Positions 49,320 through 59,093 of a stretch of 64,000 nucleotides of DNA are shown here, piece after piece; the first letter of the stretch is position 1, and every line of letters begins with the position of its first letter. The position numbers were made by a program, and so were the translations under genes. The notes below the pieces were generated by a model. That model ran no database searches, was not told the DNA's origin, and was given only the letters and a program-made list of their open reading frames with translations. Where the stretch lies: NCBI GenBank assembly GCA_963709345.1, contig CAVPVX010000001.1, positions 288,001 to 352,000 of the forward strand, given 5' to 3'. Source of the stretch: an uncultured Actinomycetes bacterium. GTDB taxonomy: Bacteria; Actinomycetota; Thermoleophilia; UBA2241.

Positions 49320-49927
49320 CAGCGAGCGCTCCGCGTGCCGGCGCCGGCGGGGCCCGTACCGGGCCCGGCGCCCTCCGCCCGCAACCGCAGCCGCAGCGAA
49401 GCGCGCCCGCGATGCACCATCACCTTGACCGTGCCCAGAGGCCGGCCGGTGAGGTCGGCGATCTCCTGGTACGGCAGCCCGTAGACGTCGCGGAGCACCG
49501 TCGGGACGCGGTAGTCCTCAGGGAGGTCTCGCAGGGCCGAAGTGAGCGTCGCCGACGTCACACCCTCGCCCAGCTCCGGCGTGGAGTCGTCGACGAGTTC
49601 CGGCACCTCGACCGGCTCGGGACGGCGCTTCTCGCGGCGCTGGTAGTCGATGGTCGACGAGAGCGCGAGCCGGAACAGCCACGTCGAGAAGGCCGCCTCG
49701 GCGCGGTACTGCGGCAGCTTGCGATAGCAGCGCAGAAAGGCCTCCTGCGCCGCGTCTTCGGCGTCGGTGTGGTTGCCGAGCACGTTGTAAGCCACCGAAT
49801 AGACCATGCCCTGATAGCGCTCCACGATCAGTTTGAAGGCGTCGGCGTCGCCCCCGGCCGCGCGCAGGACCTCTGCGGGCGTAGGGTCGGGCAACGCTGC
49901 CCACTTGTGGAGTTTAGACGCAGACAT
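49319..49927 (-). CDS. ECF RNA polymerase sigma factor
   Basis: DAEDAAQEAF, FSTWLFR, YQEIA....PLGTVK...HRGR. Confidence 0.94.
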   Translation of the reverse strand: MSASKLHKWAALPDPTPAEVLRAAGGDADAFKLIVERYQGMVYSVAYNVLGNHTDAEDAAQEAFLRCYRKLPQYRAEAAFSTWLFRLALSSTIDYQRREKRRPEPVEVPELVDDSTPELGEGVTSATLTSALRDLPEDYRVPTVLRDVYGLPYQEIADLTGRPLGTVKVMVHRGRASLRLRLRAEGAGPGTGPAGAGTRSAR

Positions 49928-50045
49928 GCGGCAGGGAGTTACACCTGATCCGGGAGCGGATTCGAAAAGCAATCAAGTGTACACCCGCGCCGACCGGCGC
50001 TCGGCCGCCACCCCACCCGGAGCGGATCGCGCGATTCCGGTATCC

Positions 50046-51032
50046 TCAGGCTGGGCGCCGCAGCGATGCGCCGGCCGCGATCATGAGGAGACGTGCGGCT
50101 ACAAGCGCGGTCAGCCCCTGAGAGTCACGCTCGGGGACGAGCTCGCAGACGTCCACGCCGGCGAGCTCGCAGCGGCTCGCCGTCGCGCGCACCAGCCGGG
50201 CGAGCTGCCAGAACCACAGGCCGCCTGGGGCCGGCCAGAGCGTCCCGGGAGCGCAACTCGGGTCGAGCCCGTCGACGTCGACGGTGATGTACAGGCGGTG
50301 CGACGGGTCGAAGCGCTCGACCAGTTCGTCCAGCGCCACGGCGCCGCGCTCGTGGACCTCTTCGGCGCGCACCAGGACGTTGCCGGCAGCGCGCGCGGCG
50401 AGGACCTCTTCTTCGCGCGCGCTGCCGACGTCGCGGAGACCGACCTGCACGATCGTGCTCACCCAGGGCAGCTCGCGCAGCCGCCGAATGGGGCTCGAGT
50501 ACCCGTCTCGCAGACCGGCGACCTCCTCGCGGAAGTCGAGGTGGGCGTCCACGTGCAGGACGTCCAGCGGCCGGTCGTCCGGCAGACCGCGGACGATCAC
50601 CGGAGGAGCCGAGTGGTCTCCTGCGACCACCAGCGGCACCGCCCCCGCCGCGACGAGGTCGCGGACACCGGCAGTGCCGGCGGCGAGGTCGTCCGGGATG
50701 GCACCAAGCTCGGCGTCACCACAGTCCACGAACCCGGCGGCGGCGCCCGGCGGGACGAGCGGGCCGCCGAGGTCGAAGTCGTAGTGGTCGAGCGCCGCTG
50801 CGTACGAGGCCGCCGCCCGGCGGACGGCGTCCGCGGCGCTCGAGCCCACCTCGGGAACGGCCACGCCCGCTGCGGCAGGCGGCTCGGCAGGCGGCTCGTC
50901 GCCGTAGGGCACGTGCAACGGCAGGCCAAAGAATGCGAAGCGTCGTGCGTCGCAGGCGCCGGACGCTCGCAGGTCGGCCGGCGCCAGGTACGGCGCCCCC
51001 AGAAACGTGTCACCTGCCGGCCTGCGGGTCAT
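50046..51032 (-). CDS. Arginase/agmatinase family ureohydrolase
   Basis: GDHS, HVDAHLD, QVGLR, DVDGLDP..APGT..P.PGG. Confidence 0.92.
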   Translation of the reverse strand: MTRRPAGDTFLGAPYLAPADLRASGACDARRFAFFGLPLHVPYGDEPPAEPPAAAGVAVPEVGSSAADAVRRAAASYAAALDHYDFDLGGPLVPPGAAAGFVDCGDAELGAIPDDLAAGTAGVRDLVAAGAVPLVVAGDHSAPPVIVRGLPDDRPLDVLHVDAHLDFREEVAGLRDGYSSPIRRLRELPWVSTIVQVGLRDVGSAREEEVLAARAAGNVLVRAEEVHERGAVALDELVERFDPSHRLYITVDVDGLDPSCAPGTLWPAPGGLWFWQLARLVRATASRCELAGVDVCELVPERDSQGLTALVAARLLMIAAGASLRRPA

Positions 51033-51306
51033 ACGGCCATGCTACCCGACGCGGGAAGGGGACGGGAACGACCGGGAACCGCCGCCGTGCCCCAGGTCGC
51101 GCACAGACTGGGCTTGACCCACGTTTCGCTCCGACCCTCGATCCGCCGCCGCGAGGCGTGGTCCGGCGCCTGGGTGTCGCGTTCGTGGTTACCATGAATG
51201 TCGAGCAGCACGACGACTGAATGCCACCCTGACGCCGTCGCGCAGGCCTGGTGAACCGTGATTGCGTCATACCCTGGTCTGTAGTCGTCTTTCGGTGGCG
51301 CCCTGA

Positions 51307-52740
51307 TCAGATCGCGGAGGACGCCTCCACGCGCGTCGCCTGGTCGGCGAGAGCCTCGCCCAAGAGCGTCTCGAGCCCGGCGTTCTGCTCGGCTGTGAGC
51401 ATGAAACCGCGCACATCAGCGAGGAGGCCGGCGAGACGCGAGCGGACGCGGTCGCCGAGCGTCGTGGCACCGTCGGCCGCCCAACGATCGTGCCCCGCGT
51501 GGTCGAGCAGCGACGGCGTCCAGAACTCCCGGTGGTGCCTGCGCGTGTACCTGGTCGCAAGGTGATTGCCGCCGGGTCCGGCGGCCTTGATCTCGTCCAT
51601 GGCGAGCGCGTATTCATCCACCGAGACCTCCCGCATGAACTGGCGCGCGTAGCCCACGAGCTCGTCGCCGAGGACGATCGACTCGTAGGAGCTCTGCAGC
51701 CCCGACTCAAGGTAGCCGACGTCGTGCAGCAGCGTCGCGCGGGAGAGCGAGCCGTAGGCCATGCTCAGTGCGGCCTCGGCGCTCCACTGCTCGTCCAGGA
51801 TCTTCGAGTCTGACATGCCTGCGTACGAGAAGCTCGGCAATCCGTAGTGGCGAGCCATATCCGTGCCGACCTGCTGGGCCAGCAGCGCATCGGGCGCGAC
51901 GTACGGATCGGTCATGGTGCGCATGTCCATAGCGCCGGCGCCGACACCGTAGACGAACGGCGCCCCCGCCTTCACGGACTGCTGCAGCACCAGACCACTG
52001 AGGGTCTCGGCGTTGCCGACGAGCATCGCCGCCGTGATGCTCCGCGGGCAGGTGGCGCCCATGTTGGGGGCCGGCGCGTAGATCAGGGGGATGAGGAGAT
52101 CGGCGCAGCCGATCACCTTGGTCAGCGCGTCCGCGTCGTGCATCAGCGGCGGCGACGGCATCGCGTAGATGCCGAAGCTCTCCTTCTCGCCGCAGAGCGC
52201 CGCCATCTCCTGCATACGAGCGAGGACGCTGCCGTCGCGCGGCGCCACGAGCAGCGGCTTGCGGGTGCCGCGCAGCATCGCGACCACCTGGACGAGGTCG
52301 TCGATCTCCCGAGGGGCGTCCTCGGGCAGACCCATGCTCATGACGAAGTCGATGTTGGGGAGCTTCTCGCAGAGCGTCGCCATGCCCTCGACATCCGCAC
52401 GACGGACGCGGCGACGCTCGCGGGTGTCGGGGTCGCAGACGTAGAGCACATCGGAACCTGTGCCGAAGTAGACCTCGCCGTCACGAAGGATGAGCGGCTC
52501 AGTGTCGCCGCCTCGTGGCTTCAGCAGCCACTCGCGCGGCGCCGTGCGAAGCGCCTCGTCGACGAGCCGCGCGGGGATGCGGACCCGACGACCGTCGACC
52601 TCGGCGCCGGCGGCGCGAAAGCGCTCGAGCGCGGGCTCGTGACGAACGTCGACACCGACACCCGCGAGCAGCTCAAGAGTGGCCTCGTGCAGGCGACGGC
52701 ACTCGGCCTCGCTCCAGAGCGTGAGTACTGCCTTCGACAT
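51307..52740 (-). CDS. Trimethylamine methyltransferase (MttB) superfamily protein, non-pyrrolysine
   Basis: LHEATLELL..VGV, GAT.P.S..A....NAE.LSG, GAPFVYG, DSK..DEQ, HDVGYLESGL, GPGGNHL; no in-frame TAG. Confidence 0.92.
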   Translation of the reverse strand: MSKAVLTLWSEAECRRLHEATLELLAGVGVDVRHEPALERFRAAGAEVDGRRVRIPARLVDEALRTAPREWLLKPRGGDTEPLILRDGEVYFGTGSDVLYVCDPDTRERRRVRRADVEGMATLCEKLPNIDFVMSMGLPEDAPREIDDLVQVVAMLRGTRKPLLVAPRDGSVLARMQEMAALCGEKESFGIYAMPSPPLMHDADALTKVIGCADLLIPLIYAPAPNMGATCPRSITAAMLVGNAETLSGLVLQQSVKAGAPFVYGVGAGAMDMRTMTDPYVAPDALLAQQVGTDMARHYGLPSFSYAGMSDSKILDEQWSAEAALSMAYGSLSRATLLHDVGYLESGLQSSYESIVLGDELVGYARQFMREVSVDEYALAMDEIKAAGPGGNHLATRYTRRHHREFWTPSLLDHAGHDRWAADGATTLGDRVRSRLAGLLADVRGFMLTAEQNAGLETLLGEALADQATRVEASSAI

Positions 52741-52894
52741 GCCGCGGCTCCTCTCGCCTTCCTGACTGAGGAGTCAACCTATCACGAGCACGAAATGGTA
52801 TGTCAAGCAGGTATGTGGCAATGCTACTCTTCACAAGTGAACGCAGAACAATGTAAGATGCGCCAAGTAACCTCTCTCGCCGACAGGGGGTCGC

Positions 52895-53980
52895 ATGGAT
52901 GGAAGTGCCTCGAAGACGCCGGCTCGCGGAGAGCCGGTCTTCGCGCCGTTCGGTGACGACAACGCCTGTATCGAATGGCTCTGGGCCACCCTGTATGCGC
53001 CCGACGGCGCCAGCACCGTCTGCCGCCGCTGCCGTACCGTGCGCCGCTTTCACCGCGTCTCGCGCCGGCGTGCATACGCCTGCGACCACTGCGGCACGCA
53101 GGTGTATCCCACAGCCGGCACGTTCATGCAGGGCTCCGGCCTGAGCGTCGCCACGTGGTTCACCGCGGCGACGCTCGTCGCCGGCAGCGAAGGCGGTATT
53201 GCCCCGCGCGTCCTCACCGACGAACTCGGCGTGAGCTACAAGACGGCGCTGCGCATGAAGCGGAAACTGGAGGATGCCGCGGCGGGCAGCCCCGACGCCT
53301 CACTGCTCGAACGCTTGTGGCGGGACGCCGGCGGCTCCGGCGGGACCTTCGCGGCCGGCGCGCCCGCTCGCGACCGGTCGTCGCGCGCCCGAGAGAACAT
53401 CCGCGCCGCGGCCTGCCGCGCCTTCGCGGCGCGTGGCCCGTCGGCGACCCGGATCGCGGACATCGCCCGGGAGGCCGGCGTGTCGAGCGCGATCATCCAC
53501 TACTACTACAAGTCCAAGGATGAGGTGCTCCTCGCCGCCCTGCAGTGGGCCAACGAGCACACGAGCCGCCGCCTGGAGAAGCTGCGCGAAGAGACAGACG
53601 ATCCTGTGGAGCTGTTGCGTCTGACGATCGACCTCGCCGTGCCCACCGAGGGCGTGCTGCGCGACGAGTACCTGCTGTGGATCGAGACGTGGGCGCGCGT
53701 GCGGCTGCACCCCAAGCTCCTGGCCGAGTGTGTGGCCATGTCGGCGCGCTGGACAGGCTTCTTCCGGGAGCTCGTCGAGGAGGGCGAGGCGGCCGGGGTG
53801 TTCGACCCCATTGCCCCGGCCGCCGAAATCGCCGAGCGCGTGGTCGCACTCTCGGACGGCCTCAGCTTCCGCTCTGCGATCGGCTACACCGCCATGCACG
53901 AGCAGCGAGTCCGGGAACTGCTCGTGAGCTTCGCAGCCGAACAGCTTCGCGTGCCGGCCGCCGAGCTGGTGCGCCGCTGA
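52895..53980 (+). CDS. TetR (BetI-like) regulator fused to an IS1595-transposase-like zinc-ribbon/HTH N-terminus
   Basis: F.DD.AC..WL...CRRC...YACDHC..Q...TAGT....S.L....WF.A..L...GI...L..ELGVSYKTA.RM..K, then TRIADIAREAGVSSAIIHYYYKSKDEVL. Confidence 0.85.
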   Translation: MDGSASKTPARGEPVFAPFGDDNACIEWLWATLYAPDGASTVCRRCRTVRRFHRVSRRRAYACDHCGTQVYPTAGTFMQGSGLSVATWFTAATLVAGSEGGIAPRVLTDELGVSYKTALRMKRKLEDAAAGSPDASLLERLWRDAGGSGGTFAAGAPARDRSSRARENIRAAACRAFAARGPSATRIADIAREAGVSSAIIHYYYKSKDEVLLAALQWANEHTSRRLEKLREETDDPVELLRLTIDLAVPTEGVLRDEYLLWIETWARVRLHPKLLAECVAMSARWTGFFRELVEEGEAAGVFDPIAPAAEIAERVVALSDGLSFRSAIGYTAMHEQRVRELLVSFAAEQLRVPAAELVRR

Positions 53981-54023
53981 CGGTCCGCCCCCGCAGTCGA
54001 TTATCCCTGTGGCCGGCTCGCCC

Positions 54024-54187
54024 TCAGCCGACCCCGAGGATCGTCTGACGGTGGCCACGGCCTCGATCGCGTCCTCGGCGTAGCCGTCGGCGCCGATCTC
54101 GTAGCCCTCCTGGGCGAGCCGCTCGACGTCCTCGGCCTCGCCGTCGATCACGGTCTGCTTCATCTGTGCGTAGAGCTCTTCGGACAC
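54024..54187 (-). pseudogene. Internally deleted corrinoid (MttC-like) protein gene
   Basis: RBS AAGGAGG; N-terminal MSEELYAQMKQTVIDGEAEDVERLAQEG joined directly to C-terminal IGADGYAEDAIEAV; no DxHxxG; terminal frameshift. Confidence 0.75.
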
Positions 54188-54472
54188 TGGGGATCCTCCT
54201 TACGACGCTTGGTCGCCGCGGGCGTCCGCAGGAGCGCGATGGCTTCTGTCTGGAGTCCCGGCGATAGGGGCTGGTCATCTGGCCCGTCAAGCAAGTACGC
54301 GAGTGAACCACCAACGCCAGGTACCTGAAGCAGCGGTGAGCGCAGCAGGGAGATCGGCGGACTACTTGTCTCTCAGGATGCGGCCGAAGACCTCAGACGC
54401 CACCGGGAATGGTGGCTCGCGGAACGTCGAACTGCGATGATGCCGAGAACGATCACAAGAAAGGACACCCGG

Positions 54473-55591
54473 ATGCCTGCCCTCTTCGATCAGACCCAGA
54501 TCGGCACGATGAGGCTTGCCAACCGCTTCGTCCGCTCCGCGACCTGGGAGGGCATGGCGACCGACGACGGATGCTCCACGCCCGAGCTTGACGCGTACGT
54601 CGCGAGGCTCGCCGAGGGAGGCGTCGGTCTGACCATCAGCAGCTACGCCTACGTGAGCCCCGAGGGCAGAGATGCACCGGGCCAGCTAGGCGTCTGCTCC
54701 GACGAGCACGTTCCCGGGCTGACGGCGATGGCGAGGGCGACACACGCGGTAGGTGGCAGGATCGCCCTCCAGCTCGCCCATGCCGGCTGCTTCGGCGAGC
54801 CGTCGCTCTCGGGGTTCGAGCCCGTGGGGCCGTCGTCACTCGAGACCCACGACGGACCGGTGGGACGTTCGCTGTCCGGAGCCGAGCTGGCCGAGCTGCC
54901 GGCAGCGTTCGCCGCCGCGGCCGAGCGAGCCCGGGCAGCCGGCTTCAACGCCGTACAAGTCCACGCGGCTCATGGCTACCTGCTCAGCCAGTTTCTCTCG
55001 CCGTACTTCAACCGGCGCACGGACGGCTACGGAGGTGGCTTCCAGCAGCGCACCCGGCTGCTGCTCGAGGTCGTCGCAGCGGTGCGCGACGCAGTCGGGA
55101 ACGATCACCCAGTACTCGTCAAGGTGAACGCCGAGGACTTCCTTCCCGGCGGCCTCTCGGCGGACGACATGCTGGAAGTCGCCGCCAGACTCGAAGCGGC
55201 CGGCGTCGACGCGATCGAACTGAGTGGCGGGACCGGCCTGGAGGAGGGGCTCAGCTTCTCCCGCATCGGCCGCCCCGCGGCCGGTGAACCCGAGGCCTAC
55301 TACGAGGACGCCGCGCGGCGATTCAAGGCCGAGATCGGCGTCCCGTTGATGCTCGTCGGCGGAATCCGCACCTTCGAGACCGCGGAGCGCCTCGTGGCGG
55401 AGGGCGCAACCGACTACATCGCCCTGTCGCGCCCCCTCATCCGCGAGCCGGGGCTCATCGCCCGCTGGCGCGCCGGGGACACGGCACCAGCCCGCTGCAT
55501 CTCGGACAACGGGTGCTTCGACGCACCCGACGAAGGCCGCGGCCTGTTCTGCCCGGTCGAGGAGCGCGAGGCGAGGCGCGCGAACGGGTGA
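54473..55591 (+). CDS. NADH:flavin oxidoreductase (Old Yellow Enzyme family)
   Basis: NRFVRSATWE, QLAHAG, HAAHGYLLSQFLSP..NRRTD.YGG, SRPLIREP, CISDNGC. Confidence 0.94.
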   Translation: MPALFDQTQIGTMRLANRFVRSATWEGMATDDGCSTPELDAYVARLAEGGVGLTISSYAYVSPEGRDAPGQLGVCSDEHVPGLTAMARATHAVGGRIALQLAHAGCFGEPSLSGFEPVGPSSLETHDGPVGRSLSGAELAELPAAFAAAAERARAAGFNAVQVHAAHGYLLSQFLSPYFNRRTDGYGGGFQQRTRLLLEVVAAVRDAVGNDHPVLVKVNAEDFLPGGLSADDMLEVAARLEAAGVDAIELSGGTGLEEGLSFSRIGRPAAGEPEAYYEDAARRFKAEIGVPLMLVGGIRTFETAERLVAEGATDYIALSRPLIREPGLIARWRAGDTAPARCISDNGCFDAPDEGRGLFCPVEEREARRANG

Positions 55592-55645
55592 GCACACTCA
55601 CTCCGGGCCGACGCCGATGAGCCTCGGCTCACCCGCCGGCTGCGG

Positions 55646-56776
55646 TCAGCGCTCGCGCAGGAACCTGTCGAACGCCTCCAGGCCCGGCTCGAGGCCGAGC
55701 CGCCCAAGCCCGACGCGGAAGTGGTCCGTAGGGGTCTCGGCGATCTCCGAGTAGTAGATGCTCGCCGGCAGCACCAGGACGCCTTCCTTCATGAGGAGGT
55801 CGTGGCAGAACGCCTCGACGTCCCCGCCCTTGTACCGCGGGAAGCAGACGCACCCGCCGACCGGCGGCTGCCAGTCGAAGAGCTCCTCCCAGCGGGCAAA
55901 GAAGTCGTCGAAGAGCGGCCGGTTGGCGGCGATGACCCCCCGGTTGCGCTCCCAGATCCGTTCGCGGTTGCGGAGCGCGAGCGCCGTCAGATACTCCGTC
56001 GGTCCCGCGTTGCAGATCGTCGTGTAGTGCTTGCGCTTCTCCAGCCGCTCCAGCAATCCCCGGTCGCGACAGGCCAGCCAGCCGATGCGCAATCCCGGCA
56101 GTCCGTAGGACTTGGAGGCCACGTTGAGTGAGACGGCGGTCTCAGACAGGTCCGCGGCCTGCGAGATGGTCCGCGCGGGGTCGAACTCGATGCCGCGGTA
56201 GACCTCGTCGCAGAACAGGCGGATGCCGCGCGCCTCGCACATCGCGGCGAGCTCGCAGAAGACGGCCTCGTCGGGAACGTGGCCGGTCGGGTTGTTCGGG
56301 AAGTTGACGGCGACCAGCTTCGTGCTCGGACGCAGCAGGCCGCGCAGATCATCGAGGTCGAGGGCCCAGCCGTTCTCACGGCGCATGACCAGAGGGCTGA
56401 CATCCGCACCTGTCGCAAGGGGCACGGTCTCCATCGACTGGTAGCAGGGCACCGTGACGACGGCGTGGTCACCGGGCCCGACGAGCTCCTGCATCGCCCA
56501 GAAGAGAGCCTCCTGAGCGCCGGTGAAGGCGAGCACGTGCTCCGCCTCCACGCGCTCGTAGGTGCCGGCGACTGCCTCGCGCAGGTTCTCGCTGCCCCAC
56601 GAGTCGATGTACGTGAGCGGCATCCGCATGAAGCCTTCGCGGTCGGCGTCGCTACCCATGGCAAGGAGCTCCTCGAGGGTGATGCTCTCGGCGTCGGATG
56701 CGGTGAGGTGATGCCGAACCGTGAGCTCCCACTTGCCGAGGAACTCTTCGAGACGGAACGTGCGCAGCGGCTTCAT
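55646..56776 (-). CDS. PLP-dependent aminotransferase class I/II
   Basis: NFPNNPTG, DEVYRG, SKSYGLPGLRIGW. Confidence 0.94.
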   Translation of the reverse strand: MKPLRTFRLEEFLGKWELTVRHHLTASDAESITLEELLAMGSDADREGFMRMPLTYIDSWGSENLREAVAGTYERVEAEHVLAFTGAQEALFWAMQELVGPGDHAVVTVPCYQSMETVPLATGADVSPLVMRRENGWALDLDDLRGLLRPSTKLVAVNFPNNPTGHVPDEAVFCELAAMCEARGIRLFCDEVYRGIEFDPARTISQAADLSETAVSLNVASKSYGLPGLRIGWLACRDRGLLERLEKRKHYTTICNAGPTEYLTALALRNRERIWERNRGVIAANRPLFDDFFARWEELFDWQPPVGGCVCFPRYKGGDVEAFCHDLLMKEGVLVLPASIYYSEIAETPTDHFRVGLGRLGLEPGLEAFDRFLRER

Positions 56777-57390
56777 GAGCGTGCCTCCTTGAGCAAGGCG
56801 TAGACGGTGGTGCGGGACACGCCGAGGGCGCGACCGGCGTGAGCGGCGGCGTGGCGGGTGGCAAACAGGCCGCGCTCGTCCATGAGGCGGACGAGCGTCA
56901 AGCGCTGGTCACGGGTGAGGCGGTCACGACGGAGGCGGCGCGAGCGGCACTCCTCGTCGACCAGGAGGAGGATCTGCTCGCGCCAGTCGCGGTCAAAGAG
57001 CTCGGGCGGGCGCCCCTGGACTGCGGCAGCGAATCGCGTCAGCAGCTCTATGGTGCCGTCGAACGGCGAGCGGTCGAAGTCGATGCAGAGCAGACCGCGC
57101 TTGGCGCCCTTGGCGTTGTGCAGAACAACGCTTACGGAAGTGAGCGCGCGCCCGTCGGCCAGGACCTTCGGGTAGGGGCCGCTGACGCGTGCGCCATCCG
57201 AGTACTCGGGCAGCTCGTCGATCAAAGATCTGTCACCGACCCTGCGCTCGGAGATGGGGTTCCAGATGGCGGCGATGCGGCCACGGCGGATGTCGTGGAT
57301 GGCGACTTCGGCGTACGGATGGAGCAGCGCGACGACAGCCTCACAGACCGGCACATGCGGCTCAAGCCATGCGGGGTGACTTGGTCTCAT
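56773..57390 (-). CDS. YheO/DauR-like PAS-HTH transcriptional regulator
   Basis: LLHPYAEVAIHD, S.R.VGD.S, GLLCI.FD, LGVSRTTVYALL. Confidence 0.88.
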   Translation of the reverse strand: MRPSHPAWLEPHVPVCEAVVALLHPYAEVAIHDIRRGRIAAIWNPISERRVGDRSLIDELPEYSDGARVSGPYPKVLADGRALTSVSVVLHNAKGAKRGLLCIDFDRSPFDGTIELLTRFAAAVQGRPPELFDRDWREQILLLVDEECRSRRLRRDRLTRDQRLTLVRLMDERGLFATRHAAAHAGRALGVSRTTVYALLKEARS

Positions 57391-57426
57391 GGCCGAACAG
57401 TATGTCCGTTCCGAACAGTCTGTCAA
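57391..57426 (-). promoter_or_regulatory. Leaderless sigma70-type promoter with direct repeat
   Basis: TTGACA-N18-TACTGT-N6-ATG; CCGAACAGT repeated at 57393 and 57411. Confidence 0.6.
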
Positions 57427-57528
57427 CAAAGCGGATGGTCATGCCGTGTGCATCGGGCTTGACGCACGCGGCCGGGCGGTCCCGGAGGCGGGAATCGCCG
57501 CCGGCGTCGCCTACCCGGATGGTCCGTG

Positions 57529-59001
<1,473 letters not shown>

Positions 59002-59056
59002 TCAGAAGTCAAGCAATACAGGACTTGCCTGCAAAGAACCCTCTTCCCGCGCTGCT

Positions 59057-59085
59057 TTGACGGTTTGGCCCGCCTCAGCTACAGT
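59057..59085 (+). promoter_or_regulatory. Sigma70-type promoter of XRE regulator
   Basis: TTGACG-N17-TACAGT, 8 nt before ATG 59094. Confidence 0.6.
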
Positions 59086-59093
59086 GCGGGACG

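Noticed and set aside
51033-51306. Intergenic gaps (also 34016-34333 and 26470-26790) as riboswitch or sRNA
   Set aside because: No recognisable aptamer consensus (cobalamin, SAM, guanidine, c-di-GMP) by eye
52895-53290. Active IS1595 insertion sequence
   Set aside because: No DDE catalytic domain, inverted repeats or target duplication seen; the module is fused in frame to TetR
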